From: Deltaproteobacteria bacterium
GTDB taxonomy: Bacteria > Desulfobacterota > Binatia > UBA12015
Assembly: GCA_046583355.1 (NCBI GenBank)
Contig: JAYGCM010000010.1
Span: forward strand, 1 to 64,000
Length of the DNA stretch: 64,000 nt
Reading direction: 5' to 3'
Below, piece by piece: positions 50,561-60,859 of this stretch (within the stretch, counting starts at the first letter, position 1; every line of letters begins with the position of its first letter). The notes beneath the pieces were generated by a model. The model made no database searches, had not been told where the DNA came from, and saw only the letters and a list, made by a program, of their open reading frames with translations. Position numbers and translations under genes: made by a program.

Positions 50561-51564
50561 TGACGGGACGGAGGCTGAATTCCCTGGTCGCGGGCTTTGC
50601 ACGCGCACGGGTTCTGGTGGTCGGCGATCTGATGCTCGACCGCTTTATCTGGGGCGATGTCGAGCGGATCTCGCCGGAAGCACCGGTGCCGGTCGTGCGG
50701 GTGCGCGACGAGAGCGAGCATCTCGGCGGTGCAGGCAATGTAGTGGCCAACCTCGCGGCGTTGGGTACTCGGCCGTCGGTGGTGGGTTGGATCGGTCGCG
50801 ACGCGGCCGGTCGCGCGTTGCAGCGGGCGCTCAAAGGCGCTGGCGCCGACGCCTCCGGCGTCATCACGACCGCGAGCCTCGGCTCCATCGAGAAGACAAG
50901 GATTCTCGCGCAACGCCAGCAGGTAGTTCGGCTCGACCGCGAGGCGGATCTCCCGGGCCCGGATCTATTGCGGCGGATTCTGCGCTCGGTCGAGAGCCGA
51001 CTCGCGGATGTCGATGCGGTCATCGTATCGGATTACGGCAAGGGCACGATTCGCGAGCCTTTGCTGACGATGCTGGCCGAGGCACGCGAGCGCCACGGCT
51101 TCGCCTACCTCATCGATCCGAAGCAGCCGAATTATGAGCATTACCGCGGCGCTACCCTGATGAAGCCCAATGCCTCCGAGGCCGAGGCCGCAACCGGCCT
51201 GGTGCTCGACGGGCCGAAAGCTTTGCGTGAGGTGGGTCGGCGTCTGCTCTCGCAATGGCAGAGTGATATGATTCTGGTTTCCCGCGGCGAGCGCGGGATG
51301 GCGCTTTGCCGGCCGGGGCGGGCGCCTCTGTCGTTTGCCGCCCGTGCGCGCGAGGTCTTCGATGTCACGGGTGCCGGGGATACGGTATTGGCGACGGCGG
51401 CATTGGTTCTCGCCGCCGAGGGTACGCCCGAGGAGGCAGCCGAGCTTGCCAACCATGCCGCTGGTGTGGTCGTGGCCAAAGTTGGTACGGCGACGCTGAC
51501 CGCCGCCGAGTTGGTCCGCGGCGTCAAGGCGAATGAACGAGCCCGAAGGAGAGAGAAACGATGA
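50557..51564 (+). CDS. rfaE1: D-glycero-D-manno-heptose-7-phosphate kinase (HldA/RfaE domain I)
   Basis: GDLMLD, RISPEAPVP, GGAGNV, SDYGKG, VFDVTGAGDT. Confidence 0.95.
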   Translation: MMTGRRLNSLVAGFARARVLVVGDLMLDRFIWGDVERISPEAPVPVVRVRDESEHLGGAGNVVANLAALGTRPSVVGWIGRDAAGRALQRALKGAGADASGVITTASLGSIEKTRILAQRQQVVRLDREADLPGPDLLRRILRSVESRLADVDAVIVSDYGKGTIREPLLTMLAEARERHGFAYLIDPKQPNYEHYRGATLMKPNASEAEAATGLVLDGPKALREVGRRLLSQWQSDMILVSRGERGMALCRPGRAPLSFAARAREVFDVTGAGDTVLATAALVLAAEGTPEEAAELANHAAGVVVAKVGTATLTAAELVRGVKANERARRREKR

Positions 51565-52439
51565 GAAGCATGACGGGTTTTGGTCGCGCACGCGCTGCCG
51601 TATCGGGTGGGTTCATCACGGTGGAGGTGCGCAGTATCAACTCGCGCTTCCTCGAGGTCAAACTTTCCTTGCCGCGTGAGCATCAGCTCCAAGAGCCCGA
51701 ATTGCGCAAGCGCGTTGGCGTGTGGGTCGAGCGCGGCCGGGTCGATATTGCGATTCGACGTGAGGCCCCGGAGCGTCGCCGCCGCGCCATCGAGATCGAT
51801 TCCGAACTGGCGCGCGAGACGCGTAAAGCGTGGATGAAGGTCGCGCGGGATCTTGGTGTGCCCGGCGAGGTCGATCTCGCGCTGCTGCGACAGACTGCGC
51901 CGGATATCGTGCGGCTGGCCGAGAAGCCGCTCTCGCCCAAGGGCGAGGAGCCCGCGGTAGCCAAGGCTCTTGAGTTGGCGCTCAAGGCGCATGACCGCGA
52001 CCGGCGCCGCGAGGGGAAGCACCTGGCAACCGATATGCGCGGGCGGGTAGGTGCCCTCGATGGGCATCGGCGCGCGATGCAGAAGGTCGCGGCGGAGATG
52101 AAGCCGATCTTCCAGCAGCGCCTTGAGAAGCGCCTGGCGAAGGTGCTGGGAAAAAACCTACCGGAGCCGGACCGCCTCGTGGCCGAGGTCGCGATGGCGC
52201 TGGACAAGGCCGATGTCACCGAAGAGATGACGCGCCTGGCGGCGCATCTGGATGCCTTCCGCGGGCTTTTGAAGGGCAAGGCGGCGGTGGGTAAGCGCAT
52301 CGAATTTCTCCTGCAAGAGGTTCTGCGCGAGGTCAATACGACCGGCTCCAAGGCGAATCATCTCGCGCTGACTCAGATTGTGATTGACGCGAAGGCTGAG
52401 TTGGAGAAGTTGCGCGAGCAGGCGGCGAACATCGAATGA
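51561..52439 (+). CDS. yicC: YicC/YloC-family endoribonuclease
   Basis: MRSMTGFG, SINSRFL, RG, EEMTRL, QEVLREVNTTGSK, EKLREQ, NIE. Confidence 0.93.
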   Translation: MRSMTGFGRARAAVSGGFITVEVRSINSRFLEVKLSLPREHQLQEPELRKRVGVWVERGRVDIAIRREAPERRRRAIEIDSELARETRKAWMKVARDLGVPGEVDLALLRQTAPDIVRLAEKPLSPKGEEPAVAKALELALKAHDRDRRREGKHLATDMRGRVGALDGHRRAMQKVAAEMKPIFQQRLEKRLAKVLGKNLPEPDRLVAEVAMALDKADVTEEMTRLAAHLDAFRGLLKGKAAVGKRIEFLLQEVLREVNTTGSKANHLALTQIVIDAKAELEKLREQAANIE

Positions 52440-53050
52440 GCAGCCTGCGACGCGGCATCCTCCTGGTCGTGTCGGCGCCATCGGGCGGGGGCAAGACGAC
52501 CTTGGTGAAGGCTGCCTTGGCGGCCGATCCCAGCCTGGCACTTTCCGTCTCCTGCACGACGCGGCGGCCGCGGCAGGGCGAGGTCGATGGCATCGACTAC
52601 CGATTCGTTTCTCCCGAGGAATTCAGGAGGCTGCGCGAGGGCGGCGAGTTTGTCGAATCCGCGACTGTTTTCGATCATGCCTATGCGACACCGCGCACGC
52701 CGCTGGACGCAGCGATTGCGGCCGGCCGTGACATTCTTCTCGACGTCGATATCCAGGGGGCTCGTTCGCTGAAGGAGGCCTATCCCGACGACGCCGTGGG
52801 GATCTTCGTGATGCCGCCTTCGGCAGGGGTACTCGAGGAGCGCTTGCGTGCCCGCGGCACCGACGACGAGGTCCAGATCGCCCGCCGCCTCGACCGGGTC
52901 CGGGAGGAAGTGGCCGCGGCGCGCGAGGTCGGCGTCTATGATTATCAGATCGTCAACGACAATCGGGAGCGCGCTGTCGCCGACTTGCTGGCGATCATCG
53001 TCGCCGAGCGCTGCCGGCAGGTTCGGCTCGCGCCCTTGGAATTGGCGTAA
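52436..53050 (+). CDS. gmk: Guanylate kinase
   Basis: SAPSGGGKTT, SCTTR, GEVDGIDY, DVDIQG, RGTD. Confidence 0.97.
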   Translation: MSSLRRGILLVVSAPSGGGKTTLVKAALAADPSLALSVSCTTRRPRQGEVDGIDYRFVSPEEFRRLREGGEFVESATVFDHAYATPRTPLDAAIAAGRDILLDVDIQGARSLKEAYPDDAVGIFVMPPSAGVLEERLRARGTDDEVQIARRLDRVREEVAAAREVGVYDYQIVNDNRERAVADLLAIIVAERCRQVRLAPLELA

Positions 53051-53100
53051 ATGCCGTGCGGCTTCGGACCGGCAGGGATAGGGGATAGGGTCGGGGCGCA

Positions 53101-55248
53101 ATGAAGCTGGACGGGCTGCTCAAGAAAATCGAGGAATACCTCCCGGCGGCACCGCTGGATGTGGTGCGGCGGGCCTGGGAGTTCTCCGACGAGAAGCATA
53201 AGGGCCAGCGCCGGGCTTCGGGTGAGCCCTATGTGACCCATCCGCTGGCGGTAGCGCATCTGATCGCCGACCTGCGCTTGGATATCTCGAGCATCGCGAC
53301 CGGGCTGCTGCACGATACGGTCGAAGATACGCTGACGACGATTGCCAATATCGAAGCCGGTTTTGGTCCCGAGGTCGCGAGCCTGGTCGATGGTGTCACC
53401 AAGATCAGCCAGATCAATTTCACCAGCCACGAAGAGCACCAGGCCGAGAACTTCCGCAAGATGATCCTCGCGATGTCCAAGGACGTTCGCGTAATTCTCA
53501 TCAAGCTCTGTGACCGCACGCATAATATGCGGACGCTCGATGCTCTCTCGCCTGCGCGTCGAGTCAAGATTGCGCAGGAGACGCTGGATATCTACGCGCC
53601 CCTGGCGCATCGGCTCGGCATCTACTGGATGAAAAGTGAAATGGAGGATGCCGCGCTCCGCGCCCTTCATCCGGAAATCTACTACCAGCTCAAGCGTTTC
53701 GTCTCGAAGCGCAAAACCGAACGCGCAAAATATATCCGCGAGGTCAAGACTGTTATTGAGCGACAACTCGAAGCGGCGGGGCTCGAGGCGACTCTTTCGG
53801 GCCGACCCAAGCATTTCTACTCGATCTACCAAAAAATGGTCAGCCAGAACCTGCTCTACGAGCAGGTCTATGATCTGGTGGCCTTCCGGATCGTCGTGGA
53901 CTCGCCGCGGGATTGTTATGAGGCGCTCGGCATTGTGCACCAGCATTGGAAGCCGATTCCGGGCCGCTTCAAGGATTATATCGCGCTGCCCAAGGGCAAT
54001 GGCTACCAATCGCTTCATACGGCCGTGATCGGTCCTCGGGCGGAACGCATCGAGGTGCAGATCCGCACCACAGATATGCACCGCATCGCCGAAGATGGCG
54101 TTGCCGCGCATTGGAAATACAAAGGCGGCTACGCCGGTGCGCAGGAAGAATTGCATCGTTTCCAGTGGCTGCGCCGGATGCTCGATTGGCAACAGCAGGT
54201 CAAGGATCCCGAGGAGTTCCTGCGCGGCTTCAAGGAAGACCTTTTTGCTGATGAGGTTTATGTCTTCACGCCCAAGGGGGATCTGCGGCATTTTCCTGTC
54301 GGGGCGACCGTGGTCGATTTCGCCTACCGCATTCACTCGGAGGTCGGTCATCGCTGTACCGGGGCGCGCGTGGGCGGGCGCTTGGTGCCCCTGCGTTACC
54401 TGCTGCAGAACGGCGATATGATCGAGATCATCACGACTCGGACGCAAACGCCTTCGCGCGATTGGCTCAAATTTGTCAAGACGCCACGCGCCAAGGAGCG
54501 GATCCGGGCATGGATCAAAGCACAGCAGGCTTCGCGTTCGCTCGAAGTCGGCCACGAAATTCTGGCCCGTGATCTCGCCCGTGCCGATCTGGATATCGAC
54601 CGCTTGCAAAAAACGGGTGCCTTCGACGACGCGGCGCACCAGCTTGGACTGCAGGACGCCGAGAGCCTGATCGCCCAGGTCGGCTACGGCAAGCTGACCT
54701 CGCGCGAGGTGCTGGCCCATCTAGCGCCGGAGGTCGACCTCGACCGCAAGCCGGCCGAACCGGGCCGTTTGCAGCGGATGCTGCGCACGGTGGCGGGCAA
54801 GGTGCCCGCAGGCGGCGTCCGGGTCTCGAGTCTGCCCGATGTATTGGTGCGCTTCGCGCGCTGCTGCGACCCGCTGCCGGGCGAGCGAATCACCGGGTTT
54901 ATCACCCGCGGTCGTGGCGTCACGGTCCACGCCACGGGTTGCCCGCGCGTATTGGAGGCCGACCCTCTGCGCCGTGTGGATTGCGTCTGGGATGACGAGA
55001 CGAATGTGCCGCGTCCGGTACGGGTGGAGGTGGGCTGCATCGATCAGACGGGCCAACTCGCCGCCATCAGCAAGGCGATTGCGTCTGCCGGGATCAATAT
55101 TCGCAAGGCTGAATCGCGCGCGATCGCCGATGGGAAGGCGGTCAATACCTTTGAGGTGATGGTCGGCCATATCGAGGAACTCTCGCGCCTGATTCGCAGC
55201 CTGACCAAGCTCAAGGGCGTGATGTCGGTCGAGCGCCTGCGCGGCTGA
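53101..55248 (+). CDS. relA: Bifunctional (p)ppGpp synthetase/hydrolase Rel
   Basis: Intact HD hydrolase (HP, LLHDTVED), synthetase (RFKDY, YQSLHT, EVQIRT), TGS, CC zinc finger and ACT domains. Confidence 0.96.
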   Translation: MKLDGLLKKIEEYLPAAPLDVVRRAWEFSDEKHKGQRRASGEPYVTHPLAVAHLIADLRLDISSIATGLLHDTVEDTLTTIANIEAGFGPEVASLVDGVTKISQINFTSHEEHQAENFRKMILAMSKDVRVILIKLCDRTHNMRTLDALSPARRVKIAQETLDIYAPLAHRLGIYWMKSEMEDAALRALHPEIYYQLKRFVSKRKTERAKYIREVKTVIERQLEAAGLEATLSGRPKHFYSIYQKMVSQNLLYEQVYDLVAFRIVVDSPRDCYEALGIVHQHWKPIPGRFKDYIALPKGNGYQSLHTAVIGPRAERIEVQIRTTDMHRIAEDGVAAHWKYKGGYAGAQEELHRFQWLRRMLDWQQQVKDPEEFLRGFKEDLFADEVYVFTPKGDLRHFPVGATVVDFAYRIHSEVGHRCTGARVGGRLVPLRYLLQNGDMIEIITTRTQTPSRDWLKFVKTPRAKERIRAWIKAQQASRSLEVGHEILARDLARADLDIDRLQKTGAFDDAAHQLGLQDAESLIAQVGYGKLTSREVLAHLAPEVDLDRKPAEPGRLQRMLRTVAGKVPAGGVRVSSLPDVLVRFARCCDPLPGERITGFITRGRGVTVHATGCPRVLEADPLRRVDCVWDDETNVPRPVRVEVGCIDQTGQLAAISKAIASAGINIRKAESRAIADGKAVNTFEVMVGHIEELSRLIRSLTKLKGVMSVERLRG

Positions 55249-55336
55249 ATTCCGCCCGGAGCGCCCGGAGGGTTCCTGGTGCGCTGGGGCACGCGGGGGC
55301 AGGGCACCACCGGCCGGGCCAATGGAGGAGGGAATC

Positions 55337-55723
55337 ATGAGCGAAATCCGAAAAATTGAGAGTGCGGCGGCGCCCGCGGCGATCGGGCCTTATTCGCAGG
55401 CGGTATCGGCCGGCGGCTTGGTCTATTGCTCGGGCCAGATAGGTCTCGATCCGGCCACCGGCGCGCTGGTCGCCGGGGGCATCGTGGCCGAGACCCGGCA
55501 GGTATTGGCGAACCTGGGCGAGGTATTGCGCGCGGCCGGCTTGAGCTTTGCCGATGTCGTGAAAATGACCATCTATCTGGTCGATATGAACGAGTTCACG
55601 GCGATGGGCGAGGTCTATGCCGCGGCCTTGGCGCAGGCACGTCCGGCGCGTGCGACCGTGGCTGTCGCGGCGTTGCCCAAAGGCGCTCGTATCGAGATCG
55701 ACGCGACGGCCTTTACAGGCTGA
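55337..55723 (+). CDS. ridA: RidA-family enamine/imine deaminase
   Basis: APAAIGPYSQA, SGQI, PARATV, LPKG, EID. ATG after GGAGG. Confidence 0.92.
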   Translation: MSEIRKIESAAAPAAIGPYSQAVSAGGLVYCSGQIGLDPATGALVAGGIVAETRQVLANLGEVLRAAGLSFADVVKMTIYLVDMNEFTAMGEVYAAALAQARPARATVAVAALPKGARIEIDATAFTG

Positions 55724-55788
55724 ATTCCCATCGCTAACAACAGGATCTCGCCCGCCCTGTCGGTGGGTCGGATTGAGGAGCTTCGAGA

Positions 55789-55998
55789 ATGCCCCGCTCT
55801 TGCGACATTTGTGGCAAATCCCGTGCTACGGGAAACAACGTCAGCCACGCCAATAATAAGACCCGCCGTACCTTCAAGCCGAACCTGCAACCGGCGCGCG
55901 CTCGTGTCGACGGCACGGTTCGCAAGCTGCTGGTCTGCACGCGCTGCTTGCGCTCGGGCAAGATCGAAAAAGTTACCGGCACTCGCGCCCAAGCCTAG
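55789..55998 (+). CDS. rpmB: 50S ribosomal protein L28 (zinc-ribbon type)
   Basis: [30 protein letters not shown]. Confidence 0.97.
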   Translation: MPRSCDICGKSRATGNNVSHANNKTRRTFKPNLQPARARVDGTVRKLLVCTRCLRSGKIEKVTGTRAQA

Positions 55999-56033
55999 TT
56001 TTCGGTCGGTGCCCCAGGCTGCTGGGGGGATTC

Positions 56034-56537
56034 TCAGCGCTTCGCGCGCTTGACCAGACGGGTGGTCGACTCACCGGGTACCAACTCGACCCGTGCTACG
56101 CGTCCGCCCCACGCGCGGACCTCGGCGCCACCGATGATTTCTTCTTCGGCCCAATCGGCGCCTTTGGCAAGAATTTGCGGCTTGAGGGCTACAATCAGGT
56201 CCAGAGGCGTATCTTCCGTGAAGAGCACGACACGGTCGACGCAGGCGAGGGCGGCGAGTACCTCGGCGCGGGCTTTTTCGTTTTGCACCGGGCGTGTTTT
56301 GCCCTTGAGCCGACGCACTGAGGCGTCGGAGTTGAGTCCGACGACCAGCCGGTCGCCGAGAGCCCGCGCCTGGGCGAGGTAGCGGACATGGCCGGGGTGG
56401 AGGAGGTCGAAGCAGCCGTTGGTGAAGACCACCTTTTCCCCCTCGCTCGCAAAGCGACGCGTGGCGCGCCGGGTGGCGGCCTGGTCGCCGATCTTGCGGA
56501 GAAAGCCCAAGCCTTTGGGGAGTCGTTTTGTCGGCAT
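56034..56537 (-). CDS. rfaE2: Heptose-1-phosphate adenylyltransferase (HldC/RfaE domain II)
   Basis: [29 protein letters not shown]. Start set at ATG 56537. Confidence 0.94.
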   Translation of the reverse strand: MPTKRLPKGLGFLRKIGDQAATRRATRRFASEGEKVVFTNGCFDLLHPGHVRYLAQARALGDRLVVGLNSDASVRRLKGKTRPVQNEKARAEVLAALACVDRVVLFTEDTPLDLIVALKPQILAKGADWAEEEIIGGAEVRAWGGRVARVELVPGESTTRLVKRAKR

Positions 56538-56631
56538 CGCGTGCCCTTTAGCATATCCGGGCAAGCCGCTGGTAGCGCCGTATGCGGATGGGTGGTGAGA
56601 TGGGCGGTGGAAGTGGTACCAAGACGCCCGC

Positions 56632-58059
56632 ATGAAGAGTGATGCATCCGCAGAGGCACGCCCCGAGGCGGAGGTTCGCGTGGATCTCAATGGGGTGATG
56701 GCTGGCTCGATCGGCGCCGCCGCAGGTCTGGACCCGCAGGCCCTCGCCGGTCTTGGCGGGCGCCTGGCCGACGCCGTGCAATGGCTCGAGGAGCAACGCG
56801 ACGACGGCCTTTTGCCTTTTCTCGATGTGGCCGCGCGGCGCAAGGCGCTGGCCGAGACGCGGCGTTGGGCCGACGATCTGCGGCCCGGTACCGAAACTCT
56901 CGTGGTCCTCGCCGGCGGTGGTGCCGGTCGCGGCATGAGTGCCCTGGGTGCGGCGTTGGCCGGCCATCCGCGCCGCGGCGGCGAGGGGGCCGTTGGTCTT
57001 ATCGTGCTCGATAATGTGGACCCCGAGGAGATGCACCGGATGCTGGCGCGTGTGGACCTCAAGCGCACCATTTTTCATATCGTGTCGCGCTCGGGCGCCA
57101 GCGTTGCGTCGATGGCGCAATTCCTCGTCGTTCGCGAGCGGCTCGTACAAGCCTTCGGGGCGATTGAAGGCGGCCGCCGCCTGCTCATCACGACCGACCC
57201 CGAAGAGGGTATGTTGCGCCAATTGGTGAATGACGAGGGCTTCCCGGGGACCGATTTCCCGGCCGCTCTGACCGAGCGCTTCTCCGTGCTCTGCCCGGAA
57301 CTACTCCTTGGTGCAGAGTTGATGGGGATCCCGACCGACGATTTGCTGGCCGGCGCCGCGAGTATGCAGCGCCGCTGCCAGCAAAGCCCGCCGGAGGCGA
57401 ACCCGGCGGCGATGCTCGCCGGATCCTTCTATTTGCTGGATATCTTGCACGGCCAGGTCGTGAATATCCTCATGCCTTATTCAGCAAGGCTCGGTTTTTT
57501 TGCTGATTGGTGGCGCCATCTCTGGGCCGAGAGCCTGGGCAAGCGGGTCGAGGAAGAGGGCTCCGAGGTGGCGCTTGGCCCGACACCGATCCGCGCGATG
57601 GGTGCGTCGGACCATGATTCCCAATTGCAACTTTATCTCGACGGCCCGGCCGATAAGGTGCTGACTTTCGTGCGCGTGCAGGATCATGGGAGTCCTTTGC
57701 CAATCTCGGCTGCCTGCGCGGACCACCAAGAGGTGGCGCCGCTGCGTGGTCGCACGATGGGCGAGGTGCTGGCTGCCGAACAACTGGCTGCCGAGGTTGC
57801 TCTGGCGCGTCGGGGCCGTCCGAGTTTGCGGATTGATCTTCCGGCCGTGACGCCCTTTGCCATGGGCGAACTCTTCACCCTGATGGAGATGACCGTGGTG
57901 ATTCTGGCTCGCTTGCATGGGGTGGATGCGTTCTCGCAGCCGGCGGCTGAGGGCGTCGAGAGGCGGGTGCGCGCGCTCCTTGGTGGTGCGGGTGCCGCGG
58001 CGGCGAAACGGGAATTGGCAGCGTGGCGCGAGTGCCGCGAGGGGCGGTGGATTCTTTGA
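56632..58059 (+). CDS. Glucose-6-phosphate isomerase homologue with degenerate active site
   Basis: PGI architecture ([35 protein letters not shown]), but GIGGS, SKSGxT, DQHS and the C-terminal Lys motif are altered. Confidence 0.85.
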   Translation: MKSDASAEARPEAEVRVDLNGVMAGSIGAAAGLDPQALAGLGGRLADAVQWLEEQRDDGLLPFLDVAARRKALAETRRWADDLRPGTETLVVLAGGGAGRGMSALGAALAGHPRRGGEGAVGLIVLDNVDPEEMHRMLARVDLKRTIFHIVSRSGASVASMAQFLVVRERLVQAFGAIEGGRRLLITTDPEEGMLRQLVNDEGFPGTDFPAALTERFSVLCPELLLGAELMGIPTDDLLAGAASMQRRCQQSPPEANPAAMLAGSFYLLDILHGQVVNILMPYSARLGFFADWWRHLWAESLGKRVEEEGSEVALGPTPIRAMGASDHDSQLQLYLDGPADKVLTFVRVQDHGSPLPISAACADHQEVAPLRGRTMGEVLAAEQLAAEVALARRGRPSLRIDLPAVTPFAMGELFTLMEMTVVILARLHGVDAFSQPAAEGVERRVRALLGGAGAAAAKRELAAWRECREGRWIL

Positions 58060-59918
58060 GCGATACGATTGAAATTCTCTCCTCGGTCGTGGCGGATCAG
58101 ATCGCTGCGGGCGAGGTGATCGAGCGGCCCGCCTCGATCGTCAAGGAGTTGGTCGAGAACTCCCTGGACGCGGGCGCACAGAAAATCGAGGTCGAGGTGC
58201 AGGCCGGTGGCACCGAGGGCATTGTGGTGCGCGACGACGGCGCGGGCATGACCCGGACGGACGCCGAACGCGCCTGCCTGCGGCATGCGACGAGCAAATT
58301 GCGCGAGATCTTTGAACTCGATGGTATCGCGAGTTTCGGTTTTCGCGGTGAGGCATTGGCGAGCATTTCGGCTGTCTCGCAGACCACGATCGCAAGCCGT
58401 CGGCCCGCCGACGCCGAAGGTACGCGCGTGCGGGTGGTGCAGGGCGAGGTAGCCGAGATCGTGCCGGCGGGCCTGCCGCCGGGGACGTGCATCGAAGTCA
58501 CTGACCTATTTGCCTCGGTGCCGGCGCGGCGTAAATTTCTCCGCAAGGCCGCCACCGAGCTCAGCCATATCTCCGACTGGCTACAGCGTGCGGCGCTGGC
58601 TCATCCGGAGGTTGCGTTCTCGCTCAAAAACGGGGCACGCGAGGTTTTTCGCCATCCGGCCGTGCGTCATGCCGACGAACGCCTGCGCCAGGTACAGGGC
58701 GCGGCACGCGCGGCGGAAATGATTGCTTGTGTGGGCGAAGAAGCCGGCGTGCGGGTGCGCGGCTGGGTGTCGCGGGCGGGGACGAGCTACGCACAATCCA
58801 AGGCGATTCTGACCTTCGTGGGCGGGCGTGTGGTGCGCGATCGGTTGCTCACGCGCGCGATCCTCGATGCCTATCGCGCGCTCCTGCCGCAGGGGCGCTA
58901 CCCCGCGGTGGTGCTCTTTATCGACGTGGCCGCCGGAATGGTGGATGTGAATGTCCACCCGACCAAGATTGAGGTGCGCTTTGCCGATGGCGACGCGATC
59001 TATTCCTCCGTGCTGCATACCCTGCGCCGCACGCTCGATGATGCGATCCAGGCTCCCGCACCGAGCCGTCCGGGTAAGGAGACGGGCGCATCGGACTCGG
59101 ATCGTCGCGTTCGTGCGGCCCTGGCGCGTTATGCCGAGCGTCCCTCGACACGCGCGGAGAAGGTCTATCGGGTCCGCGAGAGCGCGGCCCCGGACACGCT
59201 TGCGGCGCGCGCGCCTGCGGTGGGCGCCGGTAGGGCGGCGAGCGCTGCGGCGGCGGATCGCGGCGCAAGCTCACGGACCGGCCAGGAAGCGATGCCCTTT
59301 GCGGAGCCCGCGGCCGCCGGCAGCCGGCCGCGCTTTGCCGACCTGCGGATTATTGGTCAGGCATTGAACGGCTATATCGTCTGCGAAGGCGCTGACGGGC
59401 TGGTGCTGATCGACCAGCATGCCGCGCATGAGCGGGTGCGCTTTGAGCGTCTGCGCCTTGCGGCGACCGAGACGATCGCCAGCCAGCAGCTGCTCGTGCC
59501 GGCTGTGGTCGAACTCGATGAGGGCGCGCTTGTGACGCTGGAAGCGCACGGCGCCGAATTGGTCCGCGCCGGTTTCGAGGTGGAGGGTTTCGGCGCCGGG
59601 CGTGTCATGTTGCGCGCCTTGCCTGCCACTCTGGATGTCTCGACCGATGCCGAAGTTCTGCTTGCCGACCTGGCGCGCGACCTGGCCCAGGCGGGTGCGG
59701 CCGGCGGCGATGAGCGCATCCGCGCGGCACGCGATACTCTGCTCGCCCGCATCGCCTGCCACGGCGCGGTACGTGTCGGCGACCCGCTCTTGCCGGCCGA
59801 GATGCAGCGCCTACTCGCCGACCTCGACACGATTCCCTTTGCCGCGACCTGTCCGCATGGCCGCCCGCTGATGGCGGAGCTGCCACGCTCCGAGATCGAG
59901 CGACGGGTGCGGCGCTGA
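58056..59918 (+). CDS. mutL: DNA mismatch repair endonuclease MutL
   Basis: IAAGEVIERPASIVKELVENS, HATSK, GFRGEAL, DVNVHPTK, endonuclease motifs DQHAAHER, ACH, CPHGRP. TTGA overlap start. Confidence 0.97.
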   Translation: MSDTIEILSSVVADQIAAGEVIERPASIVKELVENSLDAGAQKIEVEVQAGGTEGIVVRDDGAGMTRTDAERACLRHATSKLREIFELDGIASFGFRGEALASISAVSQTTIASRRPADAEGTRVRVVQGEVAEIVPAGLPPGTCIEVTDLFASVPARRKFLRKAATELSHISDWLQRAALAHPEVAFSLKNGAREVFRHPAVRHADERLRQVQGAARAAEMIACVGEEAGVRVRGWVSRAGTSYAQSKAILTFVGGRVVRDRLLTRAILDAYRALLPQGRYPAVVLFIDVAAGMVDVNVHPTKIEVRFADGDAIYSSVLHTLRRTLDDAIQAPAPSRPGKETGASDSDRRVRAALARYAERPSTRAEKVYRVRESAAPDTLAARAPAVGAGRAASAAAADRGASSRTGQEAMPFAEPAAAGSRPRFADLRIIGQALNGYIVCEGADGLVLIDQHAAHERVRFERLRLAATETIASQQLLVPAVVELDEGALVTLEAHGAELVRAGFEVEGFGAGRVMLRALPATLDVSTDAEVLLADLARDLAQAGAAGGDERIRAARDTLLARIACHGAVRVGDPLLPAEMQRLLADLDTIPFAATCPHGRPLMAELPRSEIERRVRR

Positions 59919-60859
59919 GCGCCGGATCGGCCGAGCTGCGTCCGCGGCTTCTTGTCGTGGTCGGGCCTACGGCGGCCGGCAAGAGCGATCTGGCATTTGC
60001 CTTGGCCGAGCAGCATGGCGGTGAGATTGTCTCGGTAGACTCGCGCCAGATCTACAAACGCCTCGATATCGGCACGGCGAAAGCGAGCCCGCAGATGCGC
60101 ACGGCAGTACCGCATCATCTGCTCGACGTGGTCGAGCCGGATGAGCATTATGACGCCGCACGTTTTGCCCGCGAGGCCACGGTCGCCATCGCGGCAATTC
60201 GCGCGCGTGGCCGGCTACCCGTGCTCTGTGGCGGCAGTGGCCTCTATCTCCAAGCTCTGACCGAGGGGATCGTGCCCCTGCCACCCGTGGACGCCGCGCT
60301 GCGTGCTGCGCTCCATGCCGAGGCCGAGCAGCGCGGTGCTGCCGAGATGCATGCCGAATTGGGTCGCATCGACCCCGTCGTGGCCGGCCGGGTTGCTGCG
60401 GCGGACCGCATGCGCACTCTGCGGGCGCTTGAGGTCTATCGCCAGACCGGCCGTCCGCTGGGGGATTGGCAGGCCGAGCATGCCTTCGCCGAGCGCTCCT
60501 TCTGCTTGTTGACGCTGCTGCTTTCGCCGCCCGCCGAGGAACTCGATGTCCGTATCCGCCAGCGCGTGGACGCGATGTGGGAGGGGGGGCTGCTCGAAGA
60601 GACTCGCGCGGTCCTGGCCGCCGGCTTTGCGGGCACCTTGCCGGCGCTGCAGGCGATTGGCTACCGCGAGGCGCAGCTCTTCCTGGCGGGTGAGATCAAG
60701 GCCGACCAGGCCCGCGAGGCGATCGCGCTCGCCAGCCGACGCTACGCGAAGCGACAGCGGACCTGGTTTCGGCGCTTCGCGGATGCCGCACAGCTCGAGA
60801 CGCCTGCGCTCGACGCCGCATTGGCGGCACGCATCGCCGACTTCGCTGCTACCCGCTGA
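59915..60859 (+). CDS. miaA: tRNA dimethylallyltransferase
   Basis: GPTAAGKS, DSRQIY, DIGTAK, GGSGLY, AIGYRE, YAKRQRTWF. Start is probably CTG 59915 (ORF track gives GTG 59957). Confidence 0.95.
   Translation: MSAGSAELRPRLLVVVGPTAAGKSDLAFALAEQHGGEIVSVDSRQIYKRLDIGTAKASPQMRTAVPHHLLDVVEPDEHYDAARFAREATVAIAAIRARGRLPVLCGGSGLYLQALTEGIVPLPPVDAALRAALHAEAEQRGAAEMHAELGRIDPVVAGRVAAADRMRTLRALEVYRQTGRPLGDWQAEHAFAERSFCLLTLLLSPPAEELDVRIRQRVDAMWEGGLLEETRAVLAAGFAGTLPALQAIGYREAQLFLAGEIKADQAREAIALASRRYAKRQRTWFRRFADAAQLETPALDAALAARIADFAATR

Noticed and set aside
52945..54720. 591-aa minus-strand ORF; similar cases at 9609-11168, 11953-13566, 33341-35050 and 35063-36718
   Set aside because: Shadow ORFs opposite conserved genes.
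55253..55270. Tandem CGCCCGGAG x2 after rel, resembling the 24143 inverted-repeat arm
   Set aside because: Too short and GC-rich to support a repeat family or CRISPR.
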